From NCBI GenBank assembly GCA_000934665.2, contig JYFJ02002401.1:1-64000 (forward strand): DNA of 64,000 bases, given 5' to 3'. The notes beneath the pieces were generated by a model. That model made no database searches, was not told the DNA's origin, and saw only the letters and a program-made list of their open reading frames with translations. Positions 12,330 through 23,969 of this stretch are shown piece after piece. Positions within the stretch are counted from its first letter, which is position 1. Each line of letters opens with the position of its first letter. Made by a program: the position numbers and the translations under genes. The stretch is from Catajapyx aquilonaris (taxonomy: Eukaryota).

Positions 12330-12780
12330 AGTAAGTCCTATAAATACTGCAAGAACCGTCGATACCTACCTTCAAAAACGGTAAACACTAAGGAACTACA
12401 AATAAAACCCTGTAAAGAGTTGAATCTTCATTGGTCATCAGATGGAGTATGAAAATGAAGCCAGGAAATAAAAATATTTTGCTATGGGATTGCCTCATGG
12501 ATTACACATAAGAGCAGGCTTTTGAGTAATTTGGCAAGGACCAATGACTTCTGATGCTGTCCCAATTGCGTAACACCGTGTCTCTGTGTGAAATACGAGC
12601 TTTCGAGTTCCTCATCCTGCCGCTGAAGACGACCAAGGCAACAAATTATGGACCCGTGTGAATTGGGCCTAAAATGTTGCTCAGTGCTCCTAAATTATAC
12701 TTAATTTATGGCTAATTCTTCTAAAGGTCCTTACAGGTAATCCAACCTAGTTGGATACTAATATAAATAAATAAATAAAT
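12330..12780 (+). mobile_element. Degenerate LINE 3' end with (TAAA)n tail
   Basis: Ends CCAACCTAGTTGGATACTAATATAAATAAATAAATAAAT, preceded by decayed coding-like sequence. The 5' boundary is approximate. Confidence 0.4.
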
Positions 12781-13493
12781 ATGTGCGCAGGTCTGTGAGA
12801 CGTGGCTAGTGAATAGTGATCATAATAGTAGGCCAAACCCACAGCTAATTCTACCATTACATTACAATATATTATAACAAACTACATTATTGTAATGCAT
12901 GCTAATTAATGGATGTCGTTGAAGTTCGCAATGGCTTAACGAAACGAATAGTATATCAACCCTTCATATTAGTATTATCGGCCACATTTATGTTTGGCTC
13001 AACCCCCCCCCCCCCAAAAAAAAAAAGACGACTTCTTCACTAAGACTGCAATACAGTATAGAGCTTTTCATAAGAGTAGTATTAGTGTTCACATAAACGT
13101 TTAGCTTACACAATAACTGGCATATCAAACGGATATCCTGGTTTTGCAGAGCGATTGGTTTGTAATATCGCAGGATGTGGACCATGTCAGTGTTTGCTCA
13201 TCACAGAAAGAGAACAAACATAAGTACGGCATACAAATATAGAAGCATTATATTTATACTGAAATGTGAATATTTTTTCAGATTTATTATAATCAAATGT
13301 ACGTTACATATCAGGATTAAGAATTTGACAGAAATGTAATTTTCTCTCTCTCTCTCTCGCCGCCTTGGTTGGAAAAGTAAGGTATGAAACGTCGTAGAGC
13401 ACTCAAAATAATTTCAGGCCAAGTGGAAGTAAACTTCCACGCCATAGGTACTATTTAACAAAAAACAACATTTTAGTGGTGCTTCAGGTTACT

Positions 13494-16380
13494 TCAGTGC
13501 TCTGCCATTGCTGATGAAGCTTCAGCTTTTTCTTCTCCTGCTTCAGCCTTAACAGACTCCGCGTGATTTTCTACATCGTCGGCAACTGCAATCTTAGCTT
13601 CAGCTGTAGCAGCAGTAGCTTCGGCTGAAGCTAGTTGGCGATCGGCTGCTGCATCGCGGGCTTCTGCTGAAGATTTTGTTAAGTCGGCTGCCGCTACGTC
13701 TTCAGCCGCTGTTGCAATCTTCCCTTCTGCTGCAGACAAAGATTCATCTGCTGTCTTCTCCGCCTCTTCTGCTGAAGCTTCCTTTGATTCAGCCTTGGCC
13801 TTGTTGCTTTCAGCTGAGGCTTCAGCCATATCTGCATGACTTTCCTTCTTCGCGGCTGAGGCTTGATGTTCTACTGCATCTGCCTCAATCCTCGTAGCAG
13901 ATGCTTCCGTTAGTTCTGCTACAGTTTCTTCTGCCTTCGCCTTCTCTTCTTCCAATTTGGCTTCAGATTCTTCTTCTTTCGCCTTTTCAATGGCCTCGTC
14001 CGCATCCCTTATCTCATCTCTAATATTGGCCTCTTCTTTGACCGATTCTGCGACGGCTGCATTTGCAGCGGCATCTTCTTGCTCGGCTTCAGCTTCAGCT
14101 GCCACGGCTGCTGCTTCCTCTTCCACGGCAGTCGCTTCCAATGCTTTCGCTTCGGCCATTTCACTCTCTGCTTCTGCTTTGCCATGAACTGCTGAAGCCC
14201 CTTCCCTTTCTGCCTCGTCTCTCTCTCTCTCGTCGCCCTCTAAGTTGCTCACTTCATTCTCTTCATTTTCAGCACGCGCTTCTTCTGCTTCGGCATCTTC
14301 TTCTTTCGCAACTGCGGCAGCCTCTTCTGACATTGCCTTTGCTATTGCGTTTTCAGCATCTGCCTGCCGTTCTTCTGCTGATGCAGCACTTGCTTCAGCA
14401 GCCGCCTCCTCGCGCTCAGCACTGGCCAGCCGGAGTTCCGCCGAGGCCTTCTCCTCCTGGGCAGTTGCCTCAGCTTCCTCGGCGGCCACTTCCTTTTCTA
14501 GTGCCAATGCAATTTCATTTTCAGCTGATTTTTCCTTTTCCTCAGCCGAAGTTTCTCTAGACGCAGCTACGGCCTCGTCTGCTAGGGCTGAAGCTTCCTC
14601 CGACTGAGCTTCTTCTCCCTCTTTAGCCGCACGGGCCTTCTCTTCCTGCGCCTCAGCTTCCAGCCTTTCAGCTTCAGCTTCGTCCATCTCTGCTTCAGCT
14701 TTCGCCTCTTTGGCGGCAGCAGAATCCCTCTCAGCCTCCGCTCTGTCCTCGTCAGCATCTTTGATGGCTTCATCTGCTGCAGCTTCTTCTTCCTTTATGC
14801 TGGCCTCCTCAGCCACTGCCGCTTCAGCTGCTTCATTAGCCTCCTGTAGCTCTCCTTCGCCTTCCGCTTCAAGGGCTTCAGCATCGGCCAATTTATCTTC
14901 AGCCTCTGCTTCTTTGTAGTCGGCATCTGCTTCTTCTGCTTCTGGCGTTTCAGTGGGCCACTCGATGCTGGCTTTGCCTTCCTCATAGTCTGACAACATG
15001 TCATCTAAAATCTCCTCATCTCCTGACCCGGCCTCAGTATTGTCATGCTCCTCTGATATCACTCCGGAGGTCTCGGCTGATTCAGGTAGATCCTGACCTG
15101 ATCCCTCCTCTTCTGTGGCGTAGTCAGTATTGTATTCAGTAGTTTCAAAGTGATCTCCTGAACCTTCGCCTGTAAAATGACGGCTGTATTCAGTAGTCAT
15201 GAACTGATGACCTGACCCTTCATCACCGATGCCTGAGCCCTCCTCGTCTGTGATGTGCAGGTATGGAATATATTCGGTTGTTCGATAGTCGCCGCTTCCA
15301 GACCCTTCGTCTGATTTCTCGGAACTCTCTGATTTGCCTGACTCGGCGGATGTTTCAGATTCATTAGATTCTTTGATGGTCTCTGATTCGGGGGTTTCTT
15401 TCGATTTTTCAGATTCGTTTGATTCTTGTGATTCTGAACCTATTGGTAAGTCCTCTGTACTTTCTCCATACTCGTAACCGCATACCTGCAATGTTATTGG
15501 GGAAATGTGAATAGAGTGAAATTCGTGATGATATACTGTATGGAAACTATACATTGTTATGCTAATAGCTTGGGCAATTCAGGCTCGACATAGGAACTTG
15601 GGTACTGACCTCACTCGCCTTTAATTGTTTATATTGTAAAAAGTCACTAATGTTGCCATTGTCACGTCAATACCCAATTTCTTCCACTAGTATACTATAC
15701 CTCAGCCACTTTTTGGTCCGTACATTCCCATATCCACATAACTTTCTCACACCGATCGTCGAATGTGCGTTCTTGTGCTGAAACATAGAACATATTGTTA
15801 GATAATGCTACACAGCCGTTCTTGCAACAGTGGCACATGCAGGTTATATACAGGGTGTTCCAAGTATGCAGGTCGCTTTAGTTATACAGGAAACGCTCGA
15901 AGCTGTTATTTTTTTGTCAAATTATTCCCAGGTTGTCAAATATAGCTCAGTTGCTACATAATAGGGCACCTGCATCGGGAGTTCGGGACGCAACAAGATA
16001 TACAAAAATTACAGCTTTGGGCGATGTTAGCGATAGCCACGGTCGGCAATAGCTAAAAACGACCCTGATACTTGGACAGGTACAGTGTACAGCTTAGAAA
16101 TAATTAAATGCCACTTCAGTGCAAGGGAATTTACCGTTCTCAATGCATTGGTGCAACTCGAGTGTCATCAATTTCCGGTACGCTTTCTGCTGTCTTCCAG
16201 GACTCAAAGCTCTGGCCAAAATTTTGACTTTGAAATTGCCCTCGTCATCCACCTGCGTGACAAGTGATATGCTAAAAACCCTTGAATAAACGGTAACTAA
16301 AAATTTCAAATATGGAGTTTGTACTCACCGCACCTATTTTTTCCAAGAAGCAGTCCAGGAAACACTAAAAAAATATGCAT
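13494..16380 (-). CDS. Putative secreted, highly acidic Glu/Ala-rich protein (~706 aa) with EGSG repeats and an Ala-core coiled coil; unknown function
   Basis: Exons (minus): 16380-16329 (MHIFLVFPGLLLGKNRC, signal-peptide-like, donor GTGAGT), 15777-15701 (AQERTFDDRCEKVMWIWECTDQKVAE) and 15485-13494 (VCGYEYG...SSAMAEH*). Splice phases 1 and 0 are compatible and the last exon is a ~2-kb open frame. Minus-strand AATAAA at 13283-13288. Confidence 0.85.
15851..16088. mobile_element. Tc1/mariner-type MITE in intron 1 of the acidic-protein gene
   Basis: TA|CAGGGTGTTCCAAGTATGCAGGTCG... with a degenerate inverted end CGACCCTGATACTTGGACA; a related end occurs at 24770. Confidence 0.6.
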
Positions 16381-18398
16381 AGTGATGATCCAGACATACA
16401 GTTACTCTCCTTGCAATGCAGTAAAAGTTACACAATACTTGTTCAGTACATGCGAATAACTTACGTTATCATCTTCGTAGATATAATAACAGTGATTTGC
16501 GGCATCGGATGCAGCCTGGGACACCTGATGCGTGATGACACATTCCTGCATAAAGATCGGATTGCGGAGTATTAACACACTGCATCTTGGAATCACTTGA
16601 TTTATGCAAATTCACTTTCCGTTGCGCGATTAACACATGGAGCTGTAGCCTACCTGATCATCAGAAATAACAGTTGACAATAGGGCACTTATAGACAGGG
16701 TAATAATTGCGACTGAACTGAATGCCATGGCGAATCAATTGTGACTGACTCCCTCAGCCGCGCGAAGGTTTCAATTTGCATTGATACGAGTCTATCAACA
16801 TCCGCCAACTGGTTCACATTAGTTCATGCGCAACTACTCTCCCTGCCGGTAACACCAATGATGAGGACACCACCATTTCTATACATAATTCGATTTAAAT
16901 ACCCTGTTGGATTGCAATAAGTCGGCATGTCACAACCATTGCTAATTGAGTGTTTCATGTAATATTTGATGTAATGTTATTACATAAATGGAAGAAACTT
17001 GCTAGATACGGTTTAGTTATAACAACGTTACCAACCGGAATGGGATTTATTATCGGACCCTTAGCACAATCATCTCTATTCTGGCCGTATGGCTCATCGA
17101 TGTTCTGTAGGAAGTTGGGTGATATTTTTGACCGGGATTTTTAATGTCACATAACCGACTGCATGGTGCAAGGCAAAAGATTCGATAGGCCCATACCATT
17201 ATATAAAGCTATAATTCGTGATTTTCGTTACAGGCAATGTCAAATAATACAGTTAATCTGTTCCTGTTGCAAAGAAACACAAGCGCTCTCACACCCAATT
17301 TCAGCGTTATGCAATATTGGCAACCACAACTCAATAAATTAATGAGCGATACGAGGATGTTGAAAAGGTGTCGTAAGCTATGGCGTCAGACCACGTCTGA
17401 CTGATTAACTTTATGTATTTTACCACTTGATGGCTGGTGATGGTCAGACATGACAGCCAAGAGGTGCCCCTGCCACATATAATGGTCAGAAGTAATGTAG
17501 GCTTCGGTAATACAGTACAAAATCGCACAGAGAAAATAAAAAAAATCACTGTATAATTATAGATTAGTGATGCTTTGTCAAAACTGAACGGCAGTTTTTC
17601 CAGAAGATCCAAGAATGAGGCGTCGAGGCTCAGTATGCTATTGACGCAATGCTAAATAACTAGACCGATAATAACTTTATGCAAACACAGTGCAATAAAA
17701 TTATAAGAACGCACTACCAAACACTGAACAACAGGGAACTTGGCTGATTTTTACGAGGTCCATCTGTCCAAGAGCTCATCATGCATGTAGTAGTAGTGGT
17801 GGTATATAGTAGTATAGTAGTAATGGTGGTGGTGGTGGTGGTTACTTATTAACCATGTAAACCATGTAGTAGCCAAAATAGATGGCAAAAATGACAAGAA
17901 ATGACCAAATTATTGCTGAAAGCGGAAGGGAAAGTGTCATTTTCCTAGAATAAAATTTATGCCTGCAGTACGTATCAGTACTTCTAACGGACAGTTAGTG
18001 CCTAGCTACAGTAACAGTCCGCTTGGGGACACGTAAGCGGCAAACTCAAAATTATCCTTTGGTGGTTTTAGCATAGCTTTCAAGTGATGACGAATTGCGA
18101 TGACCTGCATGGCAGGCTACTAATAGTATAGGTCTATATGTGACTGTGGGTGAGCTATATACAATCCAATAAATGGTTACAGTGCAAAGGAGGGAGGAGA
18201 TTGAAAGGCCACAGTTACGCCGCATAATCATTAAGGATGTCTGAAGAGTGGAGAACGTTACAGCCTTCCATTCGTTATATGCAGCGTAAAGGAGGAGAGG
18301 GGTCAAAAGTCGACTAGAAGATTGCAGGTTTATGACCATTGTGTATTAAGCCTAGATAGTGTAGTAGCCTACTCCACAGATGCATCACCCACCAATTT

Positions 18399-18762
18399 TT
18401 ATTTATTTTATTTATTTTACCCCGTGATAGGGCTCTAAGCCCTTGTGGGGGGCATACCACCATCAGTTTTCTATTGTAAATACTTTTTCTTCACTCTCCG
18501 GTGAAAGGAATCAAGGACATTGGGATTGGGTAAGGATAGGAATTTTCGGGGAGGAGATACCGGTGCAGGTGCGATGTCTCAAATTTGGGCCATGTGCACT
18601 GTGCAGTCCCCCAGGGGGTTAGGTTGCCAGGCATCTCCAAGGTGCGGGTCAGCGACTCTCCCGAAGCAGGTGATAGGGAACTTCCAGGCGGAGATAGAAC
18701 CTGGGACCTTTCACTCAGCAAGCCGAGACATTACCATATCGGCCACCACACTCCCCATCATG
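18399..18762 (-). mobile_element. tRNA-derived SINE family S1
   Basis: Reverse-complement homolog of 19259-19636; (TAAA)n tail; TSD caccaattt (18390-18398, 18763-18771). Confidence 0.85.
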
Positions 18763-18907
18763 CACCAATTTAGCTCATCATTACAATGATCAGCAGACGA
18801 CTCTATGCGATAGGCTATATACCCCTCTCTAAAAGTTAAACAAATTATACAACGTTCTATACCGGTGTGTACCTCTCAAAAAGATGAAACCGATTTCGTA
18901 CTGAATA

Positions 18908-19173
18908 CCGAAGCAAGTTGGTGTGGTGGTTAAGGATCCCGACTGCTAATCGGGAGTTCCTGGGTTCGAATCCCGGAGCCGGAAACCCTGACCATGGTTT
19001 TCTGTGGTTTTCCATGGTCCCCCCAGGATAATTCCCGGGCTGTTTCCATATAATAGGCCACAGCCACCTCCTTCCTTCCCTATCCTTGGCCCCATCCAAT
19101 GGTGGTACTACACCCCCCTAATAGAGCACCGATTCTCCCAATGGGGTATAAATAAAATAAATAAATAAATAAA
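18908..19173 (+). mobile_element. tRNA-derived SINE family S2 (short form)
   Basis: TGGTGTGGTGG A-box-like, CCCGA-CTGCTAA-TCGGG anticodon arm, GGTTCGAATCC B-box, (TAAA)n tail, TSD ttt(c/t)gtactgaata. Confidence 0.85.
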
Positions 19174-19258
19174 TTTTGTACTGAATATCGCCTCCATCTT
19201 TTTGGTCGATATACATAAAATGTAAGTAAATAAGTTATAAATCAAGTAAACCACCCAT

Positions 19259-19636
19259 AGTTGGGGAGGTGTGGTGGCCGAGATGGTAACGTCTCGGCTT
19301 GCTGAGTGAAAGGCCCCAGGTTCGATCCCCGCCTGGGGAACTTTCCTTTCACCTGCGTCAGGAGGATCTCTGACCTGCACCAAGGAGGTGTCTGGCAACC
19401 TAACCTCCTGGGGAACAGCACATGACCCATAGCTATGACATTGCACCTTGCACCCATGTTCCCTCCCCAAAAATCCCTATCCTTTCCCACTGTCCCTGTT
19501 TTTCCTTGCACCGGAGAATGAAGTGAAAATATATAGCCTATATACAGAAAACTGATGGTGGTATGCCACCCCCCTATAGCTCCCGTAAGGGACATCACGG
19601 GGTAAAATAAATAAAATATATATTTAAAAAAATAAA
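19259..19636 (+). mobile_element. tRNA-derived SINE family S1
   Basis: TGGCCGAGATGG A-box, GGTTCGATCCC B-box, A-rich tail, TSD taaaccacccat (19247-19258, 19637-19648). Confidence 0.88.
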
Positions 19637-19664
19637 TAAACCACCCATTTCCATATTGATATTC

Positions 19665-20027
19665 GCACGATCCCGCCATCAGACAGACCTCGCATCGCCT
19701 AACCCCCCCCCCAGTAACATGGCGCCACCTATCCGCCATTGCGCACACCCTCGCACAATCCTCCTGCCGCCAGAGGGCTACCATGTTATGATCACTCTCC
19801 TCCTCTGCTTCCTCAATGTTTACTTGTAGTAGTCCGATGCGTACTCGGACGTCCGGTGCGGGAAAGCCAACACTCCCTTACGTTACATAGGAAGCGTTGG
19901 CTGACAGACACCGACCCACTCACTCCCATAACCGGTCATCCGTTTTTTTTAAAAAAATCTACGTGTCCACCAGGTACCATCCTTCAACAGCATCTTCCTA
20001 GGCCTAGCAACTTCTCTTCGATGTGAG
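19665..20027 (+). promoter_or_regulatory. Probable Akt promoter and non-coding first exon
   Basis: CpG-rich stretch with CCGCCAT/ATGGCG (YY1-like) motifs and a strong donor GAG|GTAAGC at 20027/20028. The next coding gene on + is Akt. Confidence 0.55.
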
Positions 20028-22840
20028 GTAAGCATTGCCGACGACTTCATTATTTATGGTATCTGCGTCGTGGTTGTAGCGGTCCAGGCGCTCGGCCTTG
20101 GGGGCTTCTCTTTCCCGTCATTTCCCTCCAACCAGCCCCTCTCCACCCCCTCGTGTCTGGGTCCCGGCTAAACCGAAAGTGGTGGTGCTGAGGCCGCCCC
20201 CAGCAGACTTATTATGTAACGCTAGTGTTTGAGGATCGATCAAGATTTTGGGAGGGGGAGGGAGAGATGAGGGTGGGACATTAACCATTAGTGCCGTCTG
20301 GAGGGGACGACGACTTATTTCGGGATGTTGGCGCCGTAATGAATGGTGTTGGGTCACATATTGTTAATGTGAGTAATACATATACATATTTTATTAAAAT
20401 TGTACGGAAATTAGGAATTTTTGAGAAATGTGCGAAATTGAGGGTAACATATGCTAGTTTTGCGGAAAGAGAAATCTGTCGGTCAAACAAGGTTGTTTAC
20501 ATCCCGGTTGAAGGATACGAGTTTTTCTGGTGTAATCTTATCTGAGACCCTGTAGGCAAACTATGGCAGAAATGGGAATTTCCTGGTACATTGTTAGGTC
20601 AGTCGGCCGCATTTTTCAAAGAAAATTTATTTAAAAAAAAACGCGATTCATTGACTCCTATGTAATCGGACGGTGGTATCATCGACACCGATAAACGTGT
20701 TTATTAAATTTGTGTCCATAGTTTCACAACTTCCACGGTGTATGTCACGAGATTTGATAAGGAAGTTTGGTATTATTTTGGGTGAGCACACCGATCCAAG
20801 ATTTGAAAGAGACGGCCTTGGGTTTCTTTGAAAGTAAAGCCAGGAGATTGATGTGTTGGGATGCGGCCAGTTTCACTTGAAAACAACATACAATCCGCCG
20901 CATGCTCGTTCGCCATAACCCAAACACCATCCTTCTTATGTCTTTGACGTCACTGGCCGGTACCTACACCCCGGGACTACCCCGACGCATCGTGAAGGAT
21001 GAGTGAAGGCCGGAGGGTATGAAGCGAATAATAAAAATAAAAATAATAAATGGGTGTATAGGAGGAAAAGGCAGGCAGACAGACTGAGGCAAGGGAACAG
21101 TTTCCTTCCTCGTTAGCCAATGGACATGGGCCTCTGACCTCATTTCCGGTTTTGTCTCATTCACACGGAACCTAATCCGGCGGGAGATTTTTTTTTTTCG
21201 TGGGGGATAATATTTAGGCTAGAGTTCAGCACGGTTTGACGGGCGGGAAATGTGTAGAATACAGTTGTTGCGGTGGTATTTTGATATTTTTTAACAAAAT
21301 TAAAGGATGCATAAGAGGAAGTTGGCCATATGTTGGCTAAGTGGAGTTGTAGAATTTTGATAGGAGACGAGGAATTTGGATGTGATATGCTAATCAACAT
21401 GTGTTTACTTATGAGAAGTAAGGAATCTCGTCCTAGAGCGATTGTGCGATGTACCGCACTAATATTTAATGTAATAGTTAGTGAAAGTTGTTCCAAATCG
21501 TATTAGATTACAGAATGAAGCTTATGAAAATGATGTTCTCGGGGTAGTGAAAAACCAGCTTGAAAGTTTAGAATTTGCAAATTCTTGTATTTGAAATGGC
21601 CTGGATTTTAATTTCAAATTTTATGACATGGCCAACGTTCATGGCCAAATTTTGGAGTCGCATATTGTTTGCTTACAAGCGTAGATTTTAATTAGTCCGA
21701 CAACAGATATTTAAAACTGAGTTTCACGTTTTCATGCATTATTATTAGGAACAATTTCCATTAAAATTATTATGTTACGCAGTAAATTCAATCCTGCAAG
21801 GGATCCTTTACATGCTCCTGCAGTTGTGTTCCGGTATAGGTACTATCGGCCAAATATTACCGCGAACACTTTCATTTTATTTTTAAAAATTATAACGAAA
21901 TAGCCGCAAAAATATCTGGTCGGTACTACATTCGCTACAAGGTAAATACGTTTCATTGACGGTAGCAGCATTTAAAATTATAACTTTCAAATGCGACGTC
22001 ACGGTCAGCTGAACATCCTTCTCACCTCAAATATCACGTCACTGCTCGTCATGCTGGCATCATCCTCGCTAACTGCAATAACCATATATTGACGTATTTT
22101 CTGGATTGCCCAATAGGTCACATTCTTGCGCAACTATACTGTACTCCGATTTTTGTAAAGTGCAACTGTGTGTTACTATTAGTTATGAAAACAATTGCGA
22201 TGCCATTTGGACCTTTTAAAGATATGAGTAATATGCAGTGTGTTCCAATTGATAGGTCTGCAGGGGTTATCGAGAATTTCGCCAGAAGTATAGATTATTT
22301 TTAGCATTTACTTGTGAACAGCTACTTATAGATGTTATCAAAAGTATTGGCAGGTATTACGCTGAATTGAATTATTCATCTGATCTCTGAATTGCAATGA
22401 ATTACAATTTGGATTGGCCCACTGGCACAACTATTGGAATCGAATGTCAATAATAAATCCATTTTTTTCATGTCTGACCCCTTTGCAGACTTGATGACGT
22501 ATGGGTTCACGCTACGTAATATTACGAACCACGAAATGCAATTGTTCCGAGCCCTCTAACGGGATAGGAAATAATAAATACATAAATAAATAACTATTCC
22601 AAAGTAAATGATTAAAAAGAAGGCGCTTGGGGCGAAATACCGCCAACCATTACCAACATTTCAATTGAGGCACATTGTGTGTGTATTACCGCGTTTCAAA
22701 AGTATAGGCTACCGTTTGGTCATAATTGTTTAGACAATTTCCTATAAAAAATCAATATCATCAATGTTGAAACAGATCTTTTGCTCTGTATCGAGCACTC
22801 TCACCGGCAAACCTAATCTTTGAGTCATTTCAGGTAAAGT

Positions 22841-23969
22841 GCGGAATTGGGCCGAAGTTTTGCTCGATCATCTCAGATTTTTCTAGAAAAAATGATTGTA
22901 CACACATAAGACGTAAGATGAAATTGCTCAGTACGGTAGGGGAGTGGGGTGGGTTAATACGACCAGTCTTAAGACCGAGTCATGTGTGGTTCGCAAGAAG
23001 AAGAAAAAAGCAAATTCAAAACATCGGGTTTTCGGCCAAATATGCGAACTTTGACCAGAGTTTTCGTTCTGTAACACTGGATTAATATGGCCTAAATATG
23101 CAAATCTGGAAGCTATGTTTCGCTTGCAACTAAATCATGTACGATGTACCATACATGTCTCATTACGCTCATTTCAATACCTACGGTTTCTTGAAAAAGA
23201 GGTTGCGCGGCTCTTTGCATCGGCATTGCACACACAGTGCGGCAAAAATAACATACCGTCACAAACGATACCTGTAGGCCTACTTAAAATGATCGCCTAG
23301 AATCCCCAAAGTGACGGTAATTTATTTTTCCGCACGCCGATTCGACGAGTCGCGCAACCTCTTTGTGAAAAAATTCCCTGACGTTGGTATTTAAATGAGC
23401 GTAATGCGACATGTATAATTTACTTGTAGATGAAACGTCGATTCCAGAATATGTTGTGTATTCCGCACATATTAATCCAGTGCCACAGAGCAAAAACTAT
23501 GGTCAAAGTTTGCGTATTTGACTGAAACCCGAAGTTCTGAATTTATTTTTTCTTGCGAACCACAAATGACTCGGTCTTGAAACTGGCGTGGTTCAAACCT
23601 GTGTGAGTTTTAAAATCATGTCACCAAATGTGACAAATAATGCGCAATACCATCACTAATTTCAGGGAGTCCAAATTCCTGCCCGTGTGACTAATGAACA
23701 GCCAGGCACATTTAAAAATAATTACATTTGAGAGGAAAACTACTTTCATAATTAAATTCTCCTCTTTTCCTATTTCATTTTCTATGTATGTTCGATGGGT
23801 TCTGAACATTACGACAAACCGAAATTATTCGTTGAAAAAGCCCACACTTCCTCAATAAAGCAATAGAGCTGAAACTTGATCTTTCTAATTAGGTCTTAGG
23901 TGTGTACTGTTTTAATTTTTCTTCCTGAACAATCGAAGATGGTCCAGTAACATTTTGACCCAGTTCAGC
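22841..23969. mobile_element. Degenerate TIR element containing a nested ~620-bp foldback (22963-23586)
   Basis: Outer arms GCGGAATTGGGCCGAAGTT.. / ..TTTTGACCCAGTTCAGC. Inner arms CCAGTCTTAAGACCGAGTCATGTGTGGTTCGCAAGAA / TTCTTGCGAACCACAAATGACTCGGTCTTGAAACTGG stay complementary for ~300 bp. Confidence 0.75.

Noticed and set aside
12560..12650. Hammerhead ribozyme near CTGAAGA
   Set aside because: No stem II plus GAAA core; the other CTGATGA hits inspected by eye also lacked the fold.
13676..14919. Plus-strand Ser/Ala/Leu-rich ORFs
   Set aside because: Antisense shadows of the low-complexity minus-strand coding exon.
18915..18980. tRNA gene (GCT anticodon arm); similar heads at 19270, 25440, 34635 and 53925
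   Set aside because: No proper acceptor stem; most continue into SINE bodies with tails and TSDs.
19739..20027. N-terminally extended Akt isoform from the upstream exon (as with the non-AUG start of Drosophila Akt)
   Set aside because: An in-frame TAG at 20005-20007 blocks the frame when this exon is spliced to the ATG exon.
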